Shown here piece after piece: positions 38,833 to 47,235 of a stretch of DNA of 64,000 bases. The notes under the pieces were generated by a model. It was not told the DNA's origin, searched no databases, and saw only the letters and a program-made list of their open reading frames with translations. The stretch's first letter is position 1, and every line of letters starts with the position of its first letter. This DNA comes from Candidatus Thalassarchaeaceae archaeon (GTDB lineage Archaea > Thermoplasmatota > Poseidoniia > Poseidoniales > Thalassarchaeaceae), in the NCBI GenBank assembly GCA_023700255.1, contig JAJPRD010000004.1, positions 12,093 to 76,092 of the forward strand. The letters are read 5' to 3'. The position numbers and the translations under genes were made by a program.

Positions 38833-39906
38833 CTATTCGTCTTCATTATATGGCTTCGGATTCTGAGATAATAGTAACGCTATTGGCCTTGTACGAGGAT
38901 CGCTTTCTAGTGCTATTTTCATAATTACTGCAAGAGGAACACCGAGCACTGCTCCCATTATCCCCCAAGCCCAGCCCCAGAAAGAAACTAAAATTAGTAA
39001 AACGATTGGAGACATATCAAGCCTCTGACCAGATAATTGTGGTTCGACAAATGCACCCCAAGCTTGTTGATTTCCGATTAACAAACCTATCATGATTAAG
39101 GCAGTTGTAGGCTCTAATAGAATCAAAGCGAGAATCCCCGGAGGAATCATTGAAATTAATGCACCGATATAGGGTATGAAGTCAAGGAAAAAGGTAATAG
39201 AAGCCCAAAGGAACCAACCAGGGATAGCTAAATATTGAAGAATTATTGCAGCAACTATTGCTTGACCGAAAGCAACTGTAGCTCTTGTAATAACATAAGT
39301 ATTGATTCCATCTCCTGAATTAGAAGCTATCTTCTTGAATCGTTCAACTTCTTCAGGATATGCTGCTTTAATCCGATTAGGTAGAGTCTCAGCTTCAAGT
39401 ATAATGAATAAAAGGAATATAAAAATTGTAACTGCACTAGCAGTAAAGCCAGCGATAGAACCGACGAAATTCGTCGCAAAGTTAGTAATAACATCAATAC
39501 TAACTAATTCTTCTAATCCAGATGTATCAATTTCATATCCAAACACCTGTGTATTTTCAAGACGAGACATTTTCTCTGAGAATGCTTCAGTAATTCTCTG
39601 TTGAGTAGCAGGTTCAGTAAACTCTGTAAGGTTTGAATAAAGTATCTGAGAAGCTAAGAACAACACGAATCCTACAAGAGTTAGGAGTACGCTATATGCA
39701 AGAAGTGGATGGCCAAATCTTTGTTCTAACCAATTAGCAGATGGTCTAATCAATAAGAAAAGTAAAGTTGCAATTACAAGAGGTTGAATTACGGCTTTTA
39801 GATGTATAATTGCAAGTATAGATATTAGCAATATTATTAGTACATCTGATACTGTACTTACTGGAATACCTTTGAATGATCTCGTAGATGTCATGTACGT
39901 CCCCAA
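38833..39906 (-). CDS. AI-2E family transporter (PerM/UPF0118)
   Basis: 357 aa, about 8 TM. Characteristic C-terminal block FLDFIPYIGALISMIPP...GAVLGVPLAVIMK. Confidence 0.85.
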   Translation of the reverse strand: MGTYMTSTRSFKGIPVSTVSDVLIILLISILAIIHLKAVIQPLVIATLLFLLIRPSANWLEQRFGHPLLAYSVLLTLVGFVLFLASQILYSNLTEFTEPATQQRITEAFSEKMSRLENTQVFGYEIDTSGLEELVSIDVITNFATNFVGSIAGFTASAVTIFIFLLFIILEAETLPNRIKAAYPEEVERFKKIASNSGDGINTYVITRATVAFGQAIVAAIILQYLAIPGWFLWASITFFLDFIPYIGALISMIPPGILALILLEPTTALIMIGLLIGNQQAWGAFVEPQLSGQRLDMSPIVLLILVSFWGWAWGIMGAVLGVPLAVIMKIALESDPRTRPIALLLSQNPKPYNEDE

Positions 39907-39950
39907 CCCTGCGAGGAGTTTTGACTCATGAAGGGTTTGCCGACAGGGGA

Positions 39951-41159
39951 CTAAAGTCGATTATATATTCGAAGGAAGGAATTTGCATCAATTTCGTATG
40001 TGAATTTCTCAATAACTCTTTTTCGTCCTTCGATACCTTTGATCTCTAATGTTTTTTTATTTTTTATTTCATGAAGTATTGTCGAAGACATAGAATCTAT
40101 GTCGCCCATAGCAAATAATGCACCAACAGTAGAATCGACCATTTCAGGCAATGGACCATGATCAACAGTTACGACTGGAGTCCCGGAAGACATTGATTCT
40201 AGAGGTATCAATCCTTGGCCTTCATAATAAGATGGATAAACTGTTAAATCTGCATTTCGAAATAACTTCGCTAATTCTGAAAATGACATGCTAGATTCAA
40301 TATGAACTGATGATGACAAACCAAGTTTCTTTGCCTGCTTCAGTAGACGCGTCCGTAAATGCCCTCTACCTACTATTACTAATCTTGATTCAGGACATTC
40401 AGAATTTACTATTGCGAATGCTTTCAATAAAGAGCCATATCCTTTCCTAGCAGCTAAACGACCTACTGCAAGTAATAATATACCATCCTCAGAACAGCCA
40501 AAACGCATTCTTAGAGTTTTATCAAAAGATTCTGCAGGAGTAAACATTTCAGTATCTACACCCCAATGAATAACCTCACAGTCCCAATTTTCTGGGGCTG
40601 AATAGCGTTCTAAGAAATCTACTTTAGTCGCTTCAGAATTAGCGACACAGACATTAGAATTCCTTATCGCTGCATTTTCAAATTTAGCATATCTTTTAGC
40701 TGTAAGCAATATTGCTAAATCATTAGGATTGGCCCAAACAGCCGCCTCTTTCTGTTTCGCCGCAGTAATCAAACCATCTTTCTCACCTAACCATGAGCCA
40801 TGTAAAGAGGACACTACTGGAGCGATGTTAGTCTTACAATCATCAAACTGATTTTTATCCCAAGATATCATTGGACAATGTAAGTGTACTACATCGACTG
40901 GTTTAGACTGATTGAGTTTTTTAAGAGCACGAAGAGCTGAACGACCATAAGATCTAGTGAATTCCATCGGTAATTTCATCCAACCTACAGATATTACTTC
41001 AATTCCATCTATAGTTGGAATATCCGTCCCACCTCCATTTCTAGTGATTACTGTGACCTTATGTCCTCTCGAGACCAAAGCAGATGATAAGTGAAATACT
41101 GTCGAACCCATTCCTCCCCAGCGAGGAGGGTATTCAGCAGATAACATGGCGATGTGCAT
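39951..41159 (-). CDS. glycosyltransferase family 4 (GT-B, Glycos_transf_1)
   Basis: 402 aa. N-terminal MHIAMLSAEYPPRWGGMG and C-terminal YPSYYEGQGLIPLESMSSGTPVV (E-x7-E type motif). Confidence 0.85.
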   Translation of the reverse strand: MHIAMLSAEYPPRWGGMGSTVFHLSSALVSRGHKVTVITRNGGGTDIPTIDGIEVISVGWMKLPMEFTRSYGRSALRALKKLNQSKPVDVVHLHCPMISWDKNQFDDCKTNIAPVVSSLHGSWLGEKDGLITAAKQKEAAVWANPNDLAILLTAKRYAKFENAAIRNSNVCVANSEATKVDFLERYSAPENWDCEVIHWGVDTEMFTPAESFDKTLRMRFGCSEDGILLLAVGRLAARKGYGSLLKAFAIVNSECPESRLVIVGRGHLRTRLLKQAKKLGLSSSVHIESSMSFSELAKLFRNADLTVYPSYYEGQGLIPLESMSSGTPVVTVDHGPLPEMVDSTVGALFAMGDIDSMSSTILHEIKNKKTLEIKGIEGRKRVIEKFTYEIDANSFLRIYNRL

Positions 41160-41263
41160 ACAATATCATGCCTGCGTTTAGTTAACCGGTTTTCAAGCGA
41201 TTGGATACAGGACAGTTATCAGTTTGATTCAAAGGCGAAACAATACTCGCCGAAACGAGAAAT

Positions 41264-42001
41264 ATGGAAGAGACGCTACCTGTACATGTCACCGTAGTTA
41301 TCCCTACAAGAAATGAAGAAGCTGCAATAGTTGATACTATTCGTTCAATACCAACACATAAATGGTGCGAAAAGCTTGATTTTCTTATCGTAGATGGGAA
41401 TTCTACCGACAAGACAAGAGAATTGGCAATTGAAGAAGGAGCAACAGTTTATCTGGAATCACGTAAAGGATATGGAAGAGCTTACAAAACTGGATTTTCA
41501 ATGGCACCCGGGGACATTATCGTAACAATGGACGCTGATTGCACATACCCTGGTGAAGAAGTTCCATCTTTAGTTAAAAAATTAATCGATGAAGAATTAC
41601 AATGGATCTCTTGTGATAGATTGAGACGCGCGGAGGAAGGGGCAATGCCGGGACTACATGGATTTGGAAATTTTGTTTTATCAAAAACTGCATCAATTCT
41701 TTATTGGTATGGAATTCATGATTCTCAAAGTGGTATGTGGGTATTTAGAAAATCAATATTTGAAGATGAAAGAGTAAGGCCGAAACATGATGGAATGCCA
41801 CTTTCACAGGAATTTAAAATTCGCGCTCGAAGGTTCTTAGGTAAGGAAAAAACCGCTGAAGTCAGCGTACCATATCGTCCAAGAGTTGGTGAAGCCGAGA
41901 TTAATACATGGGGAGATGGACTACTTAACTTGAGATTTTTGTTTACACACAGGCTAGGATTGACTCAGCAAAAAACACCTTGGGGCCCAGATTCTGAGTA
42001 A
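41264..42001 (+). CDS. glycosyltransferase family 2 (dolichyl-phosphate sugar synthase-like)
   Basis: 245 aa. Motifs VVIPTRNEE, VDGNSTDKT and the DxD motif MDADCTYP. Confidence 0.85.
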   Translation: MEETLPVHVTVVIPTRNEEAAIVDTIRSIPTHKWCEKLDFLIVDGNSTDKTRELAIEEGATVYLESRKGYGRAYKTGFSMAPGDIIVTMDADCTYPGEEVPSLVKKLIDEELQWISCDRLRRAEEGAMPGLHGFGNFVLSKTASILYWYGIHDSQSGMWVFRKSIFEDERVRPKHDGMPLSQEFKIRARRFLGKEKTAEVSVPYRPRVGEAEINTWGDGLLNLRFLFTHRLGLTQQKTPWGPDSE

Positions 42002-42002
42002 A

Positions 42003-45000
42003 TTACTCATTAAACTCATCATCCATATCTCTAGGATCAAATGTAGACCATGATTCGATCATCTCTAGGTCCTTGGCTAGTTCTTTACGCCGATTAGATG
42101 AATAAAATATTCCGATTAAAGAGAAAACTAATGCCATAACAGCGAATAATGGCAAACCTCCTGAAATTAACCATGAGACTAAGTTACTATCTTCAGATTT
42201 AATTGGTAATAGCTCAAAAAGAATAGGGCTTACTACTTCCCCATCTATCGCCCAAACTTCAACCTTAGCAGTACTACCATCATCAATCAGAATAGCGGTT
42301 TGCAGAGACCAGATATTATCACCAGCAAATAAATCACCACCGAAACCATCATCTCTTAACTCAAATTCTTTCTCAATTGTGCCTGCTTTAAAGCGACAAA
42401 ATATCAATTGAGTAGTGGCATCTAAATCATCTAATTTGACCGTAATAAGGATAGAATTTACCTGTTCAAATTTTAATTCATTGGGGCTAACAGATAATTC
42501 AGAAAGAATAGGGGAACTCGAACCTATTGTCAAATTAATAGAGATTGAATCTGAATCACCCCGAGAATCCTTAACTAACAAATTAATTTGTACAGGACCG
42601 GGAGGAAGATGGAGTGAAATTTCTTCCTTATCTCCAATTTCTGTTCCATCACCTAGACTCCATTCATACAGTATTATGTCATCATCATAATCAAATGATG
42701 TAGATGCATTGAGGAGAATTTCCATACCAGGTGGGATATATTGACCATCGGAAAGATCTCTTATTCCAGCAATTGGACCGGTTTCATAAACTGTCAGAGA
42801 TTGAGTATAACTAGAAACTCTTCCAGTTGAATCTGTTAATATAAATGAAAGCTCATGGATTCCTGCGGAGACATAGTCATTATACCAATATTCATTAGTC
42901 TTATTTTCAAGTATTGGTTCTGATATAAGATTCGAAAACAAAGATACTGTGAATTCATCGCCATCTGGATCGAAGGATTCTCGGAAATCAAATAGAACTG
43001 GTAAATTAGAGTAGACTTCAATATTTTCCCCTGGTGAATTCAAAACCAAAACTGGAGCGGATTGTTCAACATAAACTGTAGTTGAGAAGATTGCATTACC
43101 GCTATCCCCATCATCTATGTAAAGACTGATTACGTGAGTTCCTTCAGAAAGACGAGCATTAAATTTCCATTCACTCCCAATCGGCTCAGTTAGTAAATCA
43201 CTTTGCCATAATACACTGACTAAGTCTTTACTAGAATCTGAAAAATGATTGCAAATTAATCCGGTACTATTATCTAAATCTGAACAAGCAATATCCCAAT
43301 CACCTGAACCTGTAGAATCAAATGAAATTAAATGACCTGAGTTTGTAGAATAACCATCACTAGGTGAAGAAATAAGAGCAACTGGTGGTGAATTTTCTAC
43401 CATTAAAACAATTTCAGAAGTTGTCCATTGTCCAGCATGATTTGCTAGATCATCACTAGCATACATAGTAATTGTGTGCGTCCCTTTAGAAAGAGTCCCC
43501 GCCCACTCAATAGAATCATCAGGCGTCAAGCCAGAATGAACCAAACCATCAATATCACTCCAAAATTCAAACTTGATTTCATCTCCTTCTAGATCTAAAG
43601 TATTAGTTCCATCAATAGTCAAAATATCTTGAGACATCATTCCAGTCCTTATTATTTCCATTGTTGCAATGGGTAATTCATTGAATAACTCAACGTTAAA
43701 TGTCCAAGTAACTGGAGAATTTATACCATCAGTGACATAAACAGTTATTGAAAATTGGTTTGGAGCAAGAGGAAAGGTTTCATTGATTTGACTAGGACAT
43801 ATAGAAAAATAATGTTCAACGTCATCATAAGAGGATTCGAACCAACAAGTTAATTCATCATTTTCAGGATCTGTCGTTCCAGTTAAATCAATATTTACAG
43901 ATGCTGTTTTTCCAAGGTAGAGGGTTCCCCATGCTGAGATATCAGGAGTTGTATCGACTGTTATCAAAGGTGGCCTATTTGTTAATTCAATAGAACGTTG
44001 TTCAATAGCGCAATTATTGGAAGCGTCACATACCTCGAGAGATATTTGATGATTACCATCTGATATGCATTGAATCAAATTATTCGCTATGATTATAGAT
44101 TTATTATTATTATATTCACAGGATGATGTAATATCACCGTCAATACTACTTGACCAAGAATATGTAAGTAATTCATTATCTAAATCCCATGAAGAACTAG
44201 CATCAAAAATAATCTCTGAGCCACTTGCATATACCTCATCTTGAGTGGGTTGTGTCCAGATAATTAGAGGTGGCTGATTAGAAATTTCAAGAATACAGGT
44301 CACTAAAATATTTGAACTCAATTCAATGGATTGAGTATCATTATGCACAGAATCATAGTCGCACCCTGTATTCACATTATTAGCATTTGACCAACCATTA
44401 ATTGGTGTCCATCTTTTACCTATGAATGGACCAAAAGTTTCAACCCCTTCATAAGGTAAAATGGAAATATATTCAGTCTCATATTGATCAAAAGTTAAAT
44501 TAATTGAAGAAAATGGAATATGATTAAGATATTGATTGACTACATGAGTTTCTATAAACCACATCTCATCGACAATATTATCGTCAGATTCGAATAATGG
44601 ATTGCTCATTAAAGATGAAGAAATCCATCTCAAATGACTACTTGTACGCATTAAGAAATAATCTGAATTATTAGAACCAGGAATAAAATAAGAGTCCGTT
44701 AGATTTACGAAACTAAAATCGATACTAGGGGGAGAATTACAGTCAAAGCCTACATTATTAACTAATAATTCTGAGTGATCAATTAAGTCAATACAACTAT
44801 TTTGAGCCACGATACTAATATGACTGTCATTTAGATAAGATGTAATAGATCCCTTCGCATTCCAATAAAATCCACTATTATTCCCATTAATGTCTAAATT
44901 AGAGATTTCAGCATCAACGTCATTTAAATTAATAGCATAATTATTAGAAGCTGATGAATTAAGATGAACTATTAAATTATTAATAATTATACTTCCATCA

Positions 45001-46646
45001 TGTGAAAGCCCAGAATTATCAATATCAAGAGCTGGTGAATTAATTGGATCTATTATTTGCGTTGAAATGAGTTGTAAGTCTACGCTATTTTTTATTGTTA
45101 TACCATATTCATCACCAATAGATGTGCACATATAGCAAGAAACATTTTTTCCACCGCTTACAACATCATTAGATTCTTCAAAATAAAATCCGGAACCGAG
45201 ATTAGCAGATAAGGAACCCATCCCATTACCCGAAGTCACTATATATTCTAACTCTACATTACTAGAATCTTTGACAGAAATACCATGACCAGTATTATTC
45301 ACACTTGATACCGCATTAACTTCAGGATGGAATTCTCTGAAATCTATGCCATTTGCACCATTTCCAGTAGACTCCCAATTTGTTCCACTGACCCCTCCTT
45401 TCCACATTAGAATACCTGGTCCAGATGAGTTTCTCACTACCAAATCATTGATGGTTGGAGGACCTGAAGTTCCCCAATTAGATGCTCTCCAGAATAATCC
45501 TGCTTGATCATTGAAGGGTATAGAAAAGCCATCCTTACCATTATTTAATAATGTTAAATTATTCACAACCATTGAAGAATCAATCATATATGCTCTAAAG
45601 CCAACTACCGAATTATTTTCTATTAGAGCACCTTCAATCTTGACTCCACTTGTGTTTACATCTAAAGCTGCAATTCCAAGACCCGGGGTTTTGGCATCAG
45701 CACCTCCGGTACCACGTATGATTAGATTTGTAAAAATTGCATTCATAGGTAAATTTGAAAATTGACTATGGTTGTATTGTTCAACCATTATACCTCTGTA
45801 CTGGCTATCCTCTACGACAACATTTGTAAAAGTAGGTCTTGTTACCCATCCTTGAGTGATATCTCTAACATAAATCCCATTATCTGAACGTGTAACATTA
45901 GAATTTATTATTAGAGGGAGCGAATCTTCAATCCAAATACCCGCAGCTATTGAGGTAGTGGCACCGCTAATATTACTCACTTGTAAATTAGAAATAATTC
46001 CTCCTGAGTTACCCCAATAATTAAGACCACGAGTGACTAGATTGTTGATCAAAGCACCATTAACAATTGGACTAGAAAAAGCACCAACAGATAGCCCTAT
46101 CCCTTTCCTCCAATTTGTATCTAAAGGGATATCTTGGCCACCTCCCTCAATTACTAGATTGTTGATTCGAGGAGAGGCTGAATCAAAAATGTCGATTGCA
46201 ACCAAATCTGCATTCTCAACCCTTAAGTTGTTAAGAATTGGGTTACTACCGTAAATTGAAACACCATACTCTGAATTCTTAATCGTTAAGTTGTCAATTT
46301 TAGAACCTAATCCATTACTTGACGAGTTAAATATAATACCATCATGATTCCCTATAATTGAATTTAGTATCACGGGTGATGAAGATGTGCCTTGAACAGT
46401 AATCCTTCCAGCGACTAGTATGTCCTTATCATCGCCTAAATTAATTGTCGTGCCAGATTCTATAATCAATATATCTCCACTCTCTACTGTATAACCATCT
46501 ACCAGGTTTACAGTCCCATTCCATATAGAAGTTGACTTGGAGGAGGACGCACTGGAACTAGCAGGAGCAAAGACAATTGTAGAAATAAGAAGAATAGAAA
46601 CGAGAAACACAGCGCGCCTTGATTGGCGGTGATGTCTGTCAAGCAT
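42003..46646 (-). CDS. giant surface protein: signal peptide, right-handed parallel beta-helix (PbH1) repeats, ~7 PKD/Ig-like domains, C-terminal TM anchor
   Basis: The N-terminal third has repeated NLxIxN/GIxxxxS beta-helix-like units (NLTIKNSEYGVSIYGSNPILNNLRVENADLVAIDIF...). The C-terminal two thirds have repeated PKD-like units (PP.A.I..P......G..I.FD.S.S.D.D...L.Y.W.S). The TM is LPLFAVMALVFSLIGIFY, followed by an acidic tail. The track start is 46670. Met9 (46646) directly precedes the signal peptide. Confidence 0.85.
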   Translation of the reverse strand: MLDRHHRQSRRAVFLVSILLISTIVFAPASSSASSSKSTSIWNGTVNLVDGYTVESGDILIIESGTTINLGDDKDILVAGRITVQGTSSSPVILNSIIGNHDGIIFNSSSNGLGSKIDNLTIKNSEYGVSIYGSNPILNNLRVENADLVAIDIFDSASPRINNLVIEGGGQDIPLDTNWRKGIGLSVGAFSSPIVNGALINNLVTRGLNYWGNSGGIISNLQVSNISGATTSIAAGIWIEDSLPLIINSNVTRSDNGIYVRDITQGWVTRPTFTNVVVEDSQYRGIMVEQYNHSQFSNLPMNAIFTNLIIRGTGGADAKTPGLGIAALDVNTSGVKIEGALIENNSVVGFRAYMIDSSMVVNNLTLLNNGKDGFSIPFNDQAGLFWRASNWGTSGPPTINDLVVRNSSGPGILMWKGGVSGTNWESTGNGANGIDFREFHPEVNAVSSVNNTGHGISVKDSSNVELEYIVTSGNGMGSLSANLGSGFYFEESNDVVSGGKNVSCYMCTSIGDEYGITIKNSVDLQLISTQIIDPINSPALDIDNSGLSHDGSIIINNLIVHLNSSASNNYAINLNDVDAEISNLDINGNNSGFYWNAKGSITSYLNDSHISIVAQNSCIDLIDHSELLVNNVGFDCNSPPSIDFSFVNLTDSYFIPGSNNSDYFLMRTSSHLRWISSSLMSNPLFESDDNIVDEMWFIETHVVNQYLNHIPFSSINLTFDQYETEYISILPYEGVETFGPFIGKRWTPINGWSNANNVNTGCDYDSVHNDTQSIELSSNILVTCILEISNQPPLIIWTQPTQDEVYASGSEIIFDASSSWDLDNELLTYSWSSSIDGDITSSCEYNNNKSIIIANNLIQCISDGNHQISLEVCDASNNCAIEQRSIELTNRPPLITVDTTPDISAWGTLYLGKTASVNIDLTGTTDPENDELTCWFESSYDDVEHYFSICPSQINETFPLAPNQFSITVYVTDGINSPVTWTFNVELFNELPIATMEIIRTGMMSQDILTIDGTNTLDLEGDEIKFEFWSDIDGLVHSGLTPDDSIEWAGTLSKGTHTITMYASDDLANHAGQWTTSEIVLMVENSPPVALISSPSDGYSTNSGHLISFDSTGSGDWDIACSDLDNSTGLICNHFSDSSKDLVSVLWQSDLLTEPIGSEWKFNARLSEGTHVISLYIDDGDSGNAIFSTTVYVEQSAPVLVLNSPGENIEVYSNLPVLFDFRESFDPDGDEFTVSLFSNLISEPILENKTNEYWYNDYVSAGIHELSFILTDSTGRVSSYTQSLTVYETGPIAGIRDLSDGQYIPPGMEILLNASTSFDYDDDIILYEWSLGDGTEIGDKEEISLHLPPGPVQINLLVKDSRGDSDSISINLTIGSSSPILSELSVSPNELKFEQVNSILITVKLDDLDATTQLIFCRFKAGTIEKEFELRDDGFGGDLFAGDNIWSLQTAILIDDGSTAKVEVWAIDGEVVSPILFELLPIKSEDSNLVSWLISGGLPLFAVMALVFSLIGIFYSSNRRKELAKDLEMIESWSTFDPRDMDDEFNE

Positions 46647-46765
46647 AGCATAACGCCAACCCGCTAACATATATTATTGATGTATAAATGGTCATTAATA
46701 TAAAGGATTAGAAACGAGGAGTAATAAGTAATACACGCAGCGTAATATGATAGGGATTAAGAAAA

Positions 46766-46999
46766 ATGAGTACTGCTTTTGTTTTATTCAAGTGTCAACC
46801 TCAGAGAGAATTAGAGGTTTATCTTGCACTATTAGAAATTGATAGTGTGACAGAAACGCATGTGGCTTATGGAGAATATGACCTTGTAGCAAGAATTGAT
46901 TTCGAAGATGAGAAAGATATGGCAAATACTTTGGTCGGCAAGATGCGATCAATCCCTGGTGTTCAAAAAACAGAAACTCTGATAGCAGTGGAGGCATAG
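46766..46999 (+). CDS. stand-alone Lrp/AsnC ligand-binding (RAM) domain protein
   Basis: 77 aa with no HTH. Pattern AFVLFKC...EIDSVTETHVAYGEYDLVARIDFEDEKDMANTLVGKMRSIPGVQKTETLIAV, typical of the AsnC_trans_reg fold. Confidence 0.8.
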   Translation: MSTAFVLFKCQPQRELEVYLALLEIDSVTETHVAYGEYDLVARIDFEDEKDMANTLVGKMRSIPGVQKTETLIAVEA

Positions 47000-47001
47000 T
47001 A

Positions 47002-47235
47002 ATGGCAGTAGGATTTATTCTAATCACTACGGAACCTGGATTTGAAATTCAAGTCCGTGAAGAAGTCAGTAAGATTGAATGTGTCAAGGGGCAATGGATC
47101 GTGTTTGGTAATCATGATTTATTTGTAAAAGTCGAAGCAGAAAACGAATCACAATTAACACAATGTATCGTACAAGAAATTCGTTCAGTAAAAGGTATTT
47201 ATGAAACTAGAACTCTAATTGGAGCAGAAATTTAA
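47002..47235 (+). CDS. stand-alone Lrp/AsnC ligand-binding (RAM) domain protein (paralog)
   Basis: 77 aa. Pattern GFILITTEPG...VKGQWIVFGNHDLFVKVEAENESQLTQCIVQEIRSVKGIYETRTLIGAEI. It starts 2 nt after the previous stop. Confidence 0.8.
   Translation: MAVGFILITTEPGFEIQVREEVSKIECVKGQWIVFGNHDLFVKVEAENESQLTQCIVQEIRSVKGIYETRTLIGAEI

Noticed and set aside
41182-41412. 76-aa minus-strand ORF in the GT4/GT2 divergent region
   Set aside because: It overlaps the 5' end of the GT2 gene in antisense, where the VVIPTRNEE motif lies in the sense frame. It would also consume the whole shared promoter region. No family resemblance.
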